Shown here piece by piece: positions 9,168 to 18,230 of a DNA stretch of 64,000 bases. Each line of letters starts with the position of its first letter. Position 1 is the first letter of the stretch. This DNA comes from Verrucomicrobiales bacterium (GTDB lineage Bacteria; Verrucomicrobiota; Verrucomicrobiia; Limisphaerales; UBA11358). The position numbers and the translations under genes are program-made. The DNA lies in the NCBI GenBank assembly GCA_028712475.1, contig JAQTQB010000004.1:67368-131367 (forward strand), given 5' to 3'. The notes under the pieces are model-generated. The model saw only the letters and a program-made list of their open reading frames with translations, searched no databases and was not told the origin of the DNA.

Positions 9168-10433
9168 TCAATCCGGCACCAGTTTCCGCACATCTTTCGG
9201 CAGCCACCAGCGCAGCAGCGGGCCGCACATGGCGGTGGTCAGCAGCGCCATGATGACGAGCATCGTGAACAGCGCGGGCGTGAGCAGTTTCAACTCAAGG
9301 CCGACATTGATGGCAACGAGCCCCATGAGCGCGCGGGTGTTCATCAACGCAGCGATGCTGCCGGCTTCGCGCGGCGGCTGGCCGGTAAGGCGCGCACCGA
9401 GGTAGCAGCCGCCGAGCTTGCCCGCGACGGCGGCGGCCAGCACCAGCCCGCAGGCGAGCCAGGCTTCAGGCGTCTGGAGCGAACCGATCTTGGTGTTCAA
9501 GCCGGTGTTCGTAAAAAAAATCGGGACGAAGGCGACGAACACAACATCGGAAAACCGGTCGCGCCAGGCCTTGACCAGTCCGGTTTCCTGATGCAGCGAA
9601 ACGCCGAATAAAAATGCGCCGAAGATGACGAAGATTCCCAGTTCATGCGTGACCAGGCCGCTGGCGAAAAGCGTGATCAACATCAACGCCAGAAAAGAGA
9701 GCGGCAGTTGATTTCCATTCGCATCGGCCACGCTTTTCCGCCACAACGCCCGCAGGCGCGGGCCGACGATTTTTTGCAGGAACAGGAAAAACACAGCGAT
9801 GCCCGCAAGTTGCAGCAACAGATGGCCGAGGTTGAAATTCGTGGTGACCATCGCAGTCGCAAGGCCGAGCAGAATCCAGCCGATGACGTCGTCAATCGCC
9901 GCCGAACTGATGCCCATCGCGCCGATGGCAGTGCGTTCGAGCTTCATCTCCAAAAGAATCCGGCCCATGATCGGCAGCGCGGAAATGGAAAGCGCGATGC
10001 AGAGGAAAAATTGAAAGCCGAAGCGCGGCGTCTCCGGCGCGAAACGGTCGTGCAGCCACGGGCCGATGGCCAGGCCGCATAAAAACGGCACGATCATGCC
10101 AAGCGCGGAAACCGTCAGAACAGTGCGCGAGCGCGTCCGCAGATGGCCGTAGTCAAATTCCATCCCGACCTGGAACAGCAGAAACACCAGGCCGAGCTTG
10201 CCGAGAAGCTGGAGCGATTGCTGCGTTTCGTGGGGGAACAACACCGGCCAGTCCGCCGGCCAGACCAGGCCGAGCGCGGACGGGCCGAGCAGAATTCCCG
10301 CGAGAATTTCGCCGACGGCTAGCGGCTGGCCGAAGCGTTTGCCGAGCCGGCCAAACGCCCACGCAGCGGCGATGATCACCACCCATTGAATTAAAACGAG
10401 CTTGAAATGTCCCTCAATGGCTTCTGGATTCAT
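9168..10433 (-). CDS. Cation:proton antiporter (CPA2 / Kef-type Na+/H+ exchanger family)
   Basis: Polytopic membrane protein with about 12 hydrophobic segments. The N-terminus is family-typical (LIQWVVIIAAAWAFGRLGKRFGQPLAVGEILAGILLGPSALG). The start is set at ATG 10433, after a small hairpin; the ORF is open to 10481. Confidence 0.85.
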   Translation of the reverse strand: MNPEAIEGHFKLVLIQWVVIIAAAWAFGRLGKRFGQPLAVGEILAGILLGPSALGLVWPADWPVLFPHETQQSLQLLGKLGLVFLLFQVGMEFDYGHLRTRSRTVLTVSALGMIVPFLCGLAIGPWLHDRFAPETPRFGFQFFLCIALSISALPIMGRILLEMKLERTAIGAMGISSAAIDDVIGWILLGLATAMVTTNFNLGHLLLQLAGIAVFFLFLQKIVGPRLRALWRKSVADANGNQLPLSFLALMLITLFASGLVTHELGIFVIFGAFLFGVSLHQETGLVKAWRDRFSDVVFVAFVPIFFTNTGLNTKIGSLQTPEAWLACGLVLAAAVAGKLGGCYLGARLTGQPPREAGSIAALMNTRALMGLVAINVGLELKLLTPALFTMLVIMALLTTAMCGPLLRWWLPKDVRKLVPD

Positions 10434-10482
10434 AAATAGACTGCCCGCAAATAAGCGGCGGGCGGCACTGAAGCAAGCCAAT

Positions 10483-11778
10483 TCAGGCGTGAGTCTCTTT
10501 CACGAACCGTTGCCGCCACTCGCGGCGGGAAATTTTTCCGCGCGCATTGACCGAGAGTGATTTCACAAAATGCCATTCGCGCGGCACCTGCCAGGCCGGC
10601 AGCGTTCGCAGCAAAAATTGTTTCAATTCCATTTCCGTCGCGCCCGCGACGATCACTGCAACGATGATTTCCGTTCGTTCCGCATCACGATCCGGCACGC
10701 CAAAAACCAGGCACTCGCGCACTTGCGGATGCGCGAGCAACGCGCGCTCGACGGTTTCCGGCGATAATTTGCGCCCGGCCACGTTGATCTGGTCGCCCAG
10801 CCGTCCGCGCAGAAAAACCGCGCCTTCTTTCAATTCCGCCAGATCGCTTGTCGAAAAAATCCCGCCGCCGAGCGAATCCGATTTTTCCGGCCAGTAAGTT
10901 TCCGCGACGGCGCGGCTGCGAACGACCAGGCAGCCGGAGTCGTTGAGCGACAAATTTACGCTTTGCATCGGCGCACCGGCGAACGCGGCGTCCGTGCGCG
11001 GCGTTGCGCCCGCGTCGTAAGCGATGCCGCCACATTCGGAGGAGCCAAGAAAATTATGGATTTTGAGGCCGCGCGATTTGAAAATTTCCTGCTCCAGATT
11101 CACCGGCAGCGGCGCGCTGGCGGAAATCGCAAGCCGCACGCCGGCTGGAATCGCATCCGTCGCGTGCCACGCGCGCCACATGGCCGGCACGGCGGCGAGC
11201 GTGACGGCTGGTTCGTTTTCCGCCGCGCGCCGGATGATTTCCGGCAGCGGCGCAGGCGCAAGAATCAGCGGGATGCCGTGGAGCAGCAACGGCAGCACCA
11301 GATTTGAAAATCCGTAGGAATGCGCCATCGAAATGACGCCGAGATTAGGCCAGTCGGGCCGCAGACCCATTGTCGCGACAATGTTTTCCGCGTCGGCCAT
11401 GAGTTGTTCCGCAGTGAAGGCGACGAATCGCGCCGTGCCGCCGGTGGCCGAGGTGGATTTGAGATGAACAATGGGCGGGACGAGGCTGTTGACGGGCCGG
11501 CTCGCAAGGACGCCCGCCCCGCCTTGTCCAGCTTCGAGCGGGCAGACAATTTTATTTTCACGCCACGCGGCGAGCAGATCGAGAATGAATTCCGGCGAAT
11601 GACCTTGCGGCATTGCAATGTCGCACGAACCTGCCGGGGCGGTGTCCGGCGCTCCCTTCCAGCTTTCGCCCGCCGCGAGCAGTTCCGCAAAAGTCCAGCT
11701 CCGTCCCGACGCGGCGTCGCGCAGCGCAAGTTCGTTGCGCCGTTCCCCGGCAATTTTCCGCCAGCGTTCGTAAAGCAT
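10483..11778 (-). CDS. Short adenylate-forming enzyme (AMP-dependent acyl/aryl ligase-like)
   Basis: 431 aa. AMP-binding-type motifs: KSTSATGGTARFV, GSSECGGIAYD, TSDLAELKEGAVFLRGRLGDQINVAGRKLSPETVE and NARGKISRRE. It is the first gene of the lipid-type cluster. Confidence 0.8.
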   Translation of the reverse strand: MLYERWRKIAGERRNELALRDAASGRSWTFAELLAAGESWKGAPDTAPAGSCDIAMPQGHSPEFILDLLAAWRENKIVCPLEAGQGGAGVLASRPVNSLVPPIVHLKSTSATGGTARFVAFTAEQLMADAENIVATMGLRPDWPNLGVISMAHSYGFSNLVLPLLLHGIPLILAPAPLPEIIRRAAENEPAVTLAAVPAMWRAWHATDAIPAGVRLAISASAPLPVNLEQEIFKSRGLKIHNFLGSSECGGIAYDAGATPRTDAAFAGAPMQSVNLSLNDSGCLVVRSRAVAETYWPEKSDSLGGGIFSTSDLAELKEGAVFLRGRLGDQINVAGRKLSPETVERALLAHPQVRECLVFGVPDRDAERTEIIVAVIVAGATEMELKQFLLRTLPAWQVPREWHFVKSLSVNARGKISRREWRQRFVKETHA

Positions 11779-11823
11779 TGTCAGTTTGGTAACGCAGCAT
11801 TAACTTCATGCGCAAGCGAATTG

Positions 11824-12570
11824 ATGATCCTGGCGAAAAATAATTCAATTGAAACCGGCGCGCGACGTTTTGAATTCGCGCGCGACTGTTTCGCCTTTGC
11901 GAACGAATTGGTGTGGGAATACCGGACGGACGCGGCGACGGGCAGGCGGACTTTTGACGCGCGCAACCCCAAACCAGAATATGCCCACCGGTGTTTTGCC
12001 CTCGCACGGGTGGCGCGGCAGTTTTTTTATCACGCGCGGTTTGCGGCAGACCTGCCGGTCTCGACCGATGCAATTTACCGGCAACTTGTCCGCGACGTCA
12101 TGGCCCGCCACCCGCGGATTCCCTGCAAAACAGAAGCGCAAATCATCTTTCCCGGCTATGCGGGTTTGCGCGAATTCAGCCTGGCGCAGGAAAAACTTTT
12201 GAAGACCGAATGCGGCGGCGCGTGGCGCTCGTATTTTTTGCGGAGCCACTGGCGGATGATTTTTCCGTTTTCCCGGGCGCACCAGGCGCGCACCGCCGTG
12301 GCGCTGGCCGCCGCGCTCAAGCAAAATCACCTGCCCATTGTCCATCTGGTGAAATTCCCGGCGCTGACCATCAATCACGCCATCGTTTTGTTCGCCGTGA
12401 CGGAAACCGGGCGCGGCTGGGAATTTGAATCCTACGACCCGAACAATTCCGAAGAGCCGGAGCGGCTCACGTTTGACCGGGCGTCGCAAACTTTTTTTCT
12501 TCCGGCCAATTCCTGCTGGCCCGGCGGCGAATTGAACGTCAGTCACATCTGCCGGTCGTGGTTTTTCTGA
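11824..12570 (+). CDS. Hypothetical protein (248 aa) in the lipid cluster
   Basis: ATG at 11824 (MILAKNNSIETGARRFEF..). The coding-looking ORF has no motif I recognise. The upstream part of the 11320..12570 ORF is antisense to the ligase gene and was discarded. Confidence 0.55.
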   Translation: MILAKNNSIETGARRFEFARDCFAFANELVWEYRTDAATGRRTFDARNPKPEYAHRCFALARVARQFFYHARFAADLPVSTDAIYRQLVRDVMARHPRIPCKTEAQIIFPGYAGLREFSLAQEKLLKTECGGAWRSYFLRSHWRMIFPFSRAHQARTAVALAAALKQNHLPIVHLVKFPALTINHAIVLFAVTETGRGWEFESYDPNNSEEPERLTFDRASQTFFLPANSCWPGGELNVSHICRSWFF

Positions 12571-12917
12571 CCGGCCATGCTGCGTTTTGGACGCCAGAAC
12601 AATGGGCCGAAAAAACTCAAGCCACAGACATTGATGCCGCAGATGTAGCCGATTTTGTAAAGACGCCCGGAATTGTCCGTCGCGAAAATTTCCACGTCCT
12701 GGCCCATGAGCAGGCTTGGCAGCGCGAGCGGCATCAGCGCTCCATGCAACATACCGTAGCCGAAGCCCTTGATTTTATCCTTGGGAAAAGCCCTCGGGGA
12801 CGCCCAGCCGTAAAACCAGCCCAGCAGCAGGGAGGCGATTAAAAAATAGGCAATTTTATTGAGCCACAACTTCTGGCGCGCAGTGAGGGTTCGTTCAGGA
12901 ACGGATGTTGACGGCAT
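12543..12917 (-). CDS. Small membrane protein, unknown function
   Basis: ATG 12917: MPSTSVPERTLTARQKLWLNKIAYFLIASLLLGWFYGW... It has 3 hydrophobic segments. It converges on and overlaps the previous gene by 28 nt. Weak call. Confidence 0.4.
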   Translation of the reverse strand: MPSTSVPERTLTARQKLWLNKIAYFLIASLLLGWFYGWASPRAFPKDKIKGFGYGMLHGALMPLALPSLLMGQDVEIFATDNSGRLYKIGYICGINVCGLSFFGPLFWRPKRSMAGQKNHDRQM

Positions 12918-13057
12918 TTCAGCCACAGCATGATTTTCAAGGCCGGTTGCGCGCAAGGAGAATTTCAGGAAATGAAGGCGGGTTTGTGGGCGCCGCAAAC
13001 TTCACCCTTGAAAAGCTCATTCCAGAAACGCAGGCTGGCGTCACCGGATTGCAAATA

Positions 13058-13861
13058 ATGATTTTTGAGCGGATGGCGACACACACTAAAAACTGGTTCA
13101 AGGGCGTTTTGCAAACGGCGGCATTCTTCGGGGCGTATTTTCTTTTTGCAGCGGTCGGTTCGGTGGTCAGCGTGATCTGCATTGTGCCGGCGGTTTTATT
13201 TCGCGGGGTGCGCGCCCGTGCTTTCGGGCAAAAGCTGATTCATGCGCTGTTCAGGATTTTTGCGGGTTATTTGCGCGCGTCTGGTTTGCTCGAGCTGGAC
13301 GCAGACGAGTTGTCCCGACTGCGCGACAGTAACGGAGTGATTGTCGCGGCGAATCATCCCGGGCTGCTGGACGCGGTGCTGATGGTTTCCCAGATGCCAC
13401 GGGCGGTTTGTCTGATGAAGGGAAGCCTGGCGCGCAACATTGTTTTATCGGGAACGGCGCGGCTGGCCGGGTATATCCACAATAAATCGGGGCTGGGCCT
13501 CGTTAAAAAATGTGAAGAGCGGCTAAACGAGGGGGCGAATCTGCTGGTGTTTCCCGAAGGCACGCGAACCGTGGGCGGGAAATTGCTGCCCTTCAAAATG
13601 GGGTTCGCACTGGCCGCGGTTTCGACCCTGTCGCCGGTGCAGACCGTCATCATCACTGCGGACAGCAACTGCCTGGGCAAAGGCTGGCCGCTGTTCAAGA
13701 AGCCGGCCTTTCCAGTGCGTTATTCCTTGCGGCTGGGCGAGCGCTTTCAGCCGGAGCCGGGCGAGGATGCAAAACATTTTGGCGGAACGGTGGAGAATTA
13801 TTTCCAAAAAACACTTTCCAGCCCCGGGGAGAAAACTGTATCAGCGACCCGACGAAAATGA
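13058..13861 (+). CDS. Lysophospholipid acyltransferase (PlsC/LPLAT family)
   Basis: H(X)4D box AANHPGLLDAVLM and the VFPEGTRT motif. N-terminal TM segment. The start could be ATG 13058 or 13073. The stop overlaps the start of the GT2 gene (ATGA). Confidence 0.85.
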   Translation: MIFERMATHTKNWFKGVLQTAAFFGAYFLFAAVGSVVSVICIVPAVLFRGVRARAFGQKLIHALFRIFAGYLRASGLLELDADELSRLRDSNGVIVAANHPGLLDAVLMVSQMPRAVCLMKGSLARNIVLSGTARLAGYIHNKSGLGLVKKCEERLNEGANLLVFPEGTRTVGGKLLPFKMGFALAAVSTLSPVQTVIITADSNCLGKGWPLFKKPAFPVRYSLRLGERFQPEPGEDAKHFGGTVENYFQKTLSSPGEKTVSATRRK

Positions 13862-14622
13862 CGCCGAGCCAAACCCATCTGGTCATCATCCCCAGCTACA
13901 ATTCGGGAGGCAAACTCGCCGAAACGGTGAAGCAGGCCCTGGCTTGCTGGCGACCCGTGTGGGTCGTGATGGATGGCAGCACAGACGGCAGCGCGGCGGC
14001 CCTGACGGAGGGAAATGGCCTGCGGGTTTTATTTCTGGAACGCAATTCCGGCAAGGGCGCGGCCGTGTTGCACGCGTTGCTTGCGGCGAGCCGGGAGGGT
14101 TTCACCCATGCGCTGGTGCTGGACGCGGACGGCCAGCATTGGGCGGCTGACATTTTCCGTTTCATGCAGGCCTCGCAAAAAAATCCCGCCGCCATGATTC
14201 TGGGCGTGCCGCAGTTTGCCGCCGATGCCCCGGCGTCGCGTAAACATGGCCGGCTCGTGGGCAACTGGTGGGCCAATCTGGAAACCTTCTGGGGCGGAAT
14301 CGAGGATTCGCTGTTCGGTTTCCGTGTTTATCCCATCCAGGAATCAGTGCGCATCCTGCAAGGCACGCGCGGCGCGCGGCGTTTTGATTTCGACACGGAA
14401 CTGGCCGTGCGACTGTTTTGGGCGGGCGTGCCGCCGGTCAATCTTCCCACGCCGGTCCAGTATTTCAAACCGGTGGAAGGCGGCACCTCCCACTTCCATT
14501 ATCTGCGGGACAATTTGCTGCTCATCCGGCGGCACACGCTTTTGGTGCTGGAGATGTTGCCGCAAATGAGACGGATTTGGAAATTGCGCCAGCGGGCAAA
14601 GCACGCGCAGAACTCACAATAG
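13858..14622 (+). CDS. Family 2 glycosyltransferase
   Basis: LVIIPSYNSGGKLAETV..VVMDGSTDGS..NSGKGAAV..LDADGQH are the GT2 (GT-A) signatures. It has a 4-nt start/stop overlap with the acyltransferase gene. Confidence 0.88.
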   Translation: MTPSQTHLVIIPSYNSGGKLAETVKQALACWRPVWVVMDGSTDGSAAALTEGNGLRVLFLERNSGKGAAVLHALLAASREGFTHALVLDADGQHWAADIFRFMQASQKNPAAMILGVPQFAADAPASRKHGRLVGNWWANLETFWGGIEDSLFGFRVYPIQESVRILQGTRGARRFDFDTELAVRLFWAGVPPVNLPTPVQYFKPVEGGTSHFHYLRDNLLLIRRHTLLVLEMLPQMRRIWKLRQRAKHAQNSQ

Positions 14623-14632
14623 CCAATCGTCA

Positions 14633-15688
14633 ATGTCGCAGGAAAAAAATATCGCCGTCGCGCCCGATGCCACCCTGCCCTGGGCTGGCCGCTGGTTTTT
14701 CAACCGCCGCCGGTTTGCCCTGGTTCTGATTCTCGCCATTGGAGTGACCACGCCCGTGTTGCTGGCGCTCAATTGGGATCACAAACTGTTTTTCATCACA
14801 CTGGAACTGGCCACAAAATTTCTGATTGTTTATCCGGCCATTCGCGCCAACTGCCGCTGGTTTGGGCCGGTCGTCACCCGCTTTCGCACGCAGAAAAAAG
14901 CCGTCTGGCTCACCTTTGATGACGGGCCGCATCCCGAAGACACGCCGGAGTTGCTCAAGCTGCTGAAAAAACACAATGCGCGGGCGACGTTTTTCGTGAT
15001 CGGACAGCGGGTCCAAAAATATCCGGAACTGGCGCGGGCGATCTTGCGCGACGGTCACACGCTCGCCAATCACACCCAGACCCATCCCGCCCTGCTCTTC
15101 TGGAGTTTTCTCGCAACCCGCCTGACGCGGGAGATTGATCAATGCAACCAGTCATTGCGCGAAGCCGCCGGCGAACGGACGCATCTTGGCGCTGCCCCCG
15201 CTTTCTCCCTCTCCTCCACCGGGGGAGGAGAGGGTCGGGGTGAGGAGGCATCAATGTTGTCAGTTCAAATTCCCTCTCCCGCCATAGCCGCTGTCGCTGC
15301 TCCCCGTTTGGGCGGGGTGAGGGAGTCGGGGGCGGTGCCAAGATGCGCCCCCGGCGAACCGCCCCGCTGGTTTCGCGCGCCGGCGGGCATGGCCAATCTG
15401 TTCCTGCACTTTTTATTGTGCGACCGGGACATGAAGCTCATCGGCTGGTCGGCGCGCGGATTTGACGGGCTGTTTCACAATACCGAAGCCATGGCCAGGC
15501 GCATCCTCAAATCAATCCGACCCGGCGCGATCATTCTGTTGCACGAAGGCCGGCGCGACCGGCTGGGGCGTCCGGTCAATTTGCTTCTGGCCGAAACCAT
15601 CCTGATTCGGTTGAAGGCGGAAGGCTACGTTTTCACCGTGCCTGATGAAATAGATTTTCGGGGAGAATTAAAACTCACTCCTGAATAA
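14633..15688 (+). CDS. NodB-type polysaccharide deacetylase with N-terminal TM segments, carrying a 183-bp in-frame MITE insertion
   Basis: NodB motifs WLTFDDGPHPEDT, ATFFVIG, HTLANHTQTHP, then ..RWFRAPAG.. and ..IILLHEG. About 61 codons between GER and PRWFRAPAG derive from the repeat at 15177..15350. Confidence 0.88.
   Translation: MSQEKNIAVAPDATLPWAGRWFFNRRRFALVLILAIGVTTPVLLALNWDHKLFFITLELATKFLIVYPAIRANCRWFGPVVTRFRTQKKAVWLTFDDGPHPEDTPELLKLLKKHNARATFFVIGQRVQKYPELARAILRDGHTLANHTQTHPALLFWSFLATRLTREIDQCNQSLREAAGERTHLGAAPAFSLSSTGGGEGRGEEASMLSVQIPSPAIAAVAAPRLGGVRESGAVPRCAPGEPPRWFRAPAGMANLFLHFLLCDRDMKLIGWSARGFDGLFHNTEAMARRILKSIRPGAIILLHEGRRDRLGRPVNLLLAETILIRLKAEGYVFTVPDEIDFRGELKLTPE
15177..15350. 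mobile_element. MITE-like element (about 174 bp) with terminal inverted repeats and a 9-bp target-site duplication, inside the deacetylase CDS
   Basis: The ends ggacgcatcttggcgctgcccccg and cgggggcggtgccaagatgcgcccc are inverted repeats. It is flanked by the direct repeat ccggcgaac at 15168..15176 and 15351..15359. Element plus one TSD copy is 183 bp, or 61 codons. A second copy in inverted orientation lies at 20715..20876. Confidence 0.8.
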
Positions 15689-15726
15689 TCTTGATCACCC
15701 ATGCTCTTTTGATCAATTGATCTTGC

Positions 15727-17094
15727 GTGCCGAAGAAATCCACGCGCCAGCCAAAACCGCTTTACCGCCAGAAGAAGCCTAAAATTAAAGGCGATGATTT
15801 TGTCCATGCCGAGCCGATTGTTCCCGCGCATTTTGAACTCCGCGAAGACGGAACGATTGACGTTGCCAAGCGCGACGAGAAACGCGCCCCGGTTCTGACC
15901 TTCCGCGACGACACCCGCAACCTCTGGCTCTATCAAGGCAACTCCCTTGAATTGCTCGACGCCATCGCCGCCAAACATCCCGAAGGCCGGTTTGATTGCA
16001 TCTTTGCCGATCCACCGTATTTCCTTTCCAACGGAGGCATCAGTTGCCACGCCGGGCGGATGGTGAAGGTGGACAAGGGCGACTGGGACAAATCACGCGG
16101 TGCGGAAGTGAATCACGAGTTCAATCTGGAATGGCTCAAACGCTGCCAGAAAGTTTTGAAACCCAACGGCACAATTTGGATTACCGGCACGCATCACGTC
16201 ATTTTCAGCATCGGCTATGCGATGCAACAACTCGGTTTCAAAATCCTCAACGACATCGCATGGGAAAAGCCTAACCCGCCGCCGAATCTTTCCTGCCGTT
16301 ATTTCACCCACTCCACCGAAACCATTTTGTGGGCGGCCAAAAGTGAAAAATCCAAGCACCTGTTCAACTATCAGGAAATGCGCAAGGTCACGGGCAAGCA
16401 GATGAAAACCGTCTGGCGTGCCAGTGAATTTGGTGGTAGGGCGCGTCACTCCGTGCGCGCCGATGCTGGTCAGCCAGAAGACGGCGCGCAGGGGACTGAC
16501 GCGCCCTACCTTGACCCCATTTGGACGATGACTGCGCCGGGCAACGGCGAAAAGACCTTTGGCAAACATCCCACGCAAAAGCCGGTGGCGCTGGTCGAGC
16601 GTTGCATCTTGGCCTCCACACAACCCGGCGACATGGTGCTTGACCCGTTTTTGGGCGGCGGCACAACTGCCGTGGCTTGCGTCCGGCTGAATCGTGGCTG
16701 CATCGGGATTGAATTGGACTTCTCGCATTTCACGCTGGCGGCCAAACGTGCCGACCGAGAAATCATTGAACTTTGGCTGCGCGAATTCCGCGTGCGTTTC
16801 GACGTTACGATCTTTTTTCCTAATGATCTTGATCTCTTTTCTGAAACGATCAATGGATCAAGCGCGACGATGGACGACAAACCTCAAGTGCCGACCGAAA
16901 GCATTTACCACGAATGTAAATTCGTGTTCCTTTCGTGCGCCCAAGTCGAGCGCGGCGCGGTGGTTCACACGACGGTGGACGTGAGCTTGCAAGAAGCATG
17001 GGCGAAAACGCCGAATGGAAAGAAACGCGAGACGACGCACGTTGTCAGGTGTGAGACGGAAATTTTTCGTGTGGCTGAAAAGAAGCCGGTCTGA
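15727..17094 (+). CDS. Beta-class DNA methyltransferase (N6-adenine or N4-cytosine) with an uncharacterised C-terminal extension of about 100 aa
   Basis: Motif IV IFADPPYF precedes HPTQKPVALVERCI and motif I VLDPFLGGGTTAVAC. Residues after about 350 match nothing I recognise. A palindromic repeat is inserted in frame at 16435..16510. GTG start. Confidence 0.85.
   Translation: MPKKSTRQPKPLYRQKKPKIKGDDFVHAEPIVPAHFELREDGTIDVAKRDEKRAPVLTFRDDTRNLWLYQGNSLELLDAIAAKHPEGRFDCIFADPPYFLSNGGISCHAGRMVKVDKGDWDKSRGAEVNHEFNLEWLKRCQKVLKPNGTIWITGTHHVIFSIGYAMQQLGFKILNDIAWEKPNPPPNLSCRYFTHSTETILWAAKSEKSKHLFNYQEMRKVTGKQMKTVWRASEFGGRARHSVRADAGQPEDGAQGTDAPYLDPIWTMTAPGNGEKTFGKHPTQKPVALVERCILASTQPGDMVLDPFLGGGTTAVACVRLNRGCIGIELDFSHFTLAAKRADREIIELWLREFRVRFDVTIFFPNDLDLFSETINGSSATMDDKPQVPTESIYHECKFVFLSCAQVERGAVVHTTVDVSLQEAWAKTPNGKKRETTHVVRCETEIFRVAEKKPV
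16435..16510. repeat. 76-bp palindromic repeat (family B) inside the methyltransferase CDS
   Basis: ggtagggcgcgtcactccgtgcgcgcc ... ggcgcgcaggggactgacgcgccctacc forms inverted arms. The first 28 nt are identical to 36214..36241 in hsdM. Here it is translated as [25 protein letters not shown]. Confidence 0.85.
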
Positions 17095-17108
17095 TATGAA
17101 TTGCGGCG

Positions 17109-17870
17109 ATGCCGCAGCCAATCACATGGAAACAACTCGTTGCCGATGCGTTACAAAACCTCGGCGGCGAAGCCTCGCTCAAAGACATCACCGCAAAGTT
17201 AGAGAAAGATCCTCACCGGCCAGAGACCGCAACTTGGCAAGCAACAATCCGCCGTGTTGTTCGTCAATACAGTATTTTTCAATCAGTTAAAACCCAGCAA
17301 GGCTTGGCAGGTTATCGGCTTGTTCAAATGCCGAAGCCAAACCCTTCGGCGCAAAGCAAGTCAGACCCACACGGTGAGCAACAGGGAATGTTGCTGCAAT
17401 TGGGCGCTCTCTGCGGTTACGAAACATTTACCAACTCGACGGACAAGACCATTCGCAAATTTCAGGGCGAACCAATCTCAAGTTTCGCCACTGTGCGAAA
17501 TGATGCTGATGACCTGCTGGCTCTACCGCTCGAAAAAATGCGCAATACGGATGTAATGTGGATGGCTTCAGACTCGGAAGGGCTATATCCCCGTTATGCT
17601 TTTGAAATTGAGCACAGCACAAAGGTCAAAAGCGGCTTGCTCCGGCTTTTAAAGATTCCAGAGCGTTTTCCAACGAAACTATTTGTGATTGGACCTGGAG
17701 ATGAAGAGGCAGATTTATTTTCGCGTTATTTGCGTGAGTCTCCATTCAGACAACACGCGCACCGATTCCGTTTCTATCATTACAAGGAGGTTTCGGATTT
17801 TTATAAAAGCGGCATCAACTTCGATAAGCATCGCAAAAACTGGGAGATTCAATTTGCCAGCGCGTTTTAG
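17109..17870 (+). CDS. Putative type II restriction endonuclease (PD-(D/E)xK-like core, N-terminal winged-helix-like region)
   Basis: It starts 15 nt after the methyltransferase stop. A candidate nuclease motif is NTDVMWMASD..YAFEIEHSTKVKSG (D...E-x-E/K pattern). The region is AT-richer than its surroundings. The call rests on context and the motif only. Confidence 0.5.
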   Translation: MPQPITWKQLVADALQNLGGEASLKDITAKLEKDPHRPETATWQATIRRVVRQYSIFQSVKTQQGLAGYRLVQMPKPNPSAQSKSDPHGEQQGMLLQLGALCGYETFTNSTDKTIRKFQGEPISSFATVRNDADDLLALPLEKMRNTDVMWMASDSEGLYPRYAFEIEHSTKVKSGLLRLLKIPERFPTKLFVIGPGDEEADLFSRYLRESPFRQHAHRFRFYHYKEVSDFYKSGINFDKHRKNWEIQFASAF

Positions 17871-18109
17871 CTTCGTTCGCTGTTTTGCTCAAATGGGCTG
17901 AAGAGGAATGTGGCAGTGCTGACGCTTATCAACGATACCGCTATAATGTCGAAAGTTTTCCGAATGGCGGTTGCGTCTATCTGCACCGGCCAGCCTTCAA
18001 GAACAAAGGATGCGATTTTGTGGTGAACTGTGTGCCGCTGATTCCCCGCGATGATGGCAAGCAATACAAAAACCCAAGGCATGAGGATTTGGCTGGCGAT
18101 GTGAAAACA

Positions 18110-18137
18110 GTTGAGGGTTGAGGGTTGAAAGTTGAAG
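18110..18137. repeat. Heptanucleotide tandem array (4 units)
   Basis: gttgagg gttgagg gttgaaa gttgaag. Confidence 0.8.
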
Positions 18138-18193
18138 GCAAAAAGCCGGCACCTCACCCTGCCCTCTCCCCGTTCGAGGCGGAGAGAATCACA

Positions 18194-18230
18194 CAGCCGG
18201 AATGAGAAATCGTTCCGGCTGTTTTATTTT
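18194..18230 (+). terminator. Intrinsic-terminator-like hairpin plus T-run; part of a 49-bp exact repeat (18192..18240 = 19185..19233)
   Basis: 9-bp stem cagccggaa / ttccggctg, 10-nt loop, then ttttatttt. The whole 49-mer cacagccggaatgagaaatcgttccggctgttttattttaccgtgcctg recurs exactly at 19185..19233. Confidence 0.7.

Noticed and set aside
11320-11823. Upstream 168 codons of the 416-aa ORF 11320..12570
   Set aside because: This part is antisense to the adenylating-enzyme gene and is Arg/Gly-rich. Only the part from ATG 11824 was kept.
17885-18121. 78-aa ORF (TTG start) after the putative restriction enzyme
   Set aside because: It has no ATG and no recognisable domain, and it ends in the heptamer array. 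It could be a gene fragment, but I cannot support a call.
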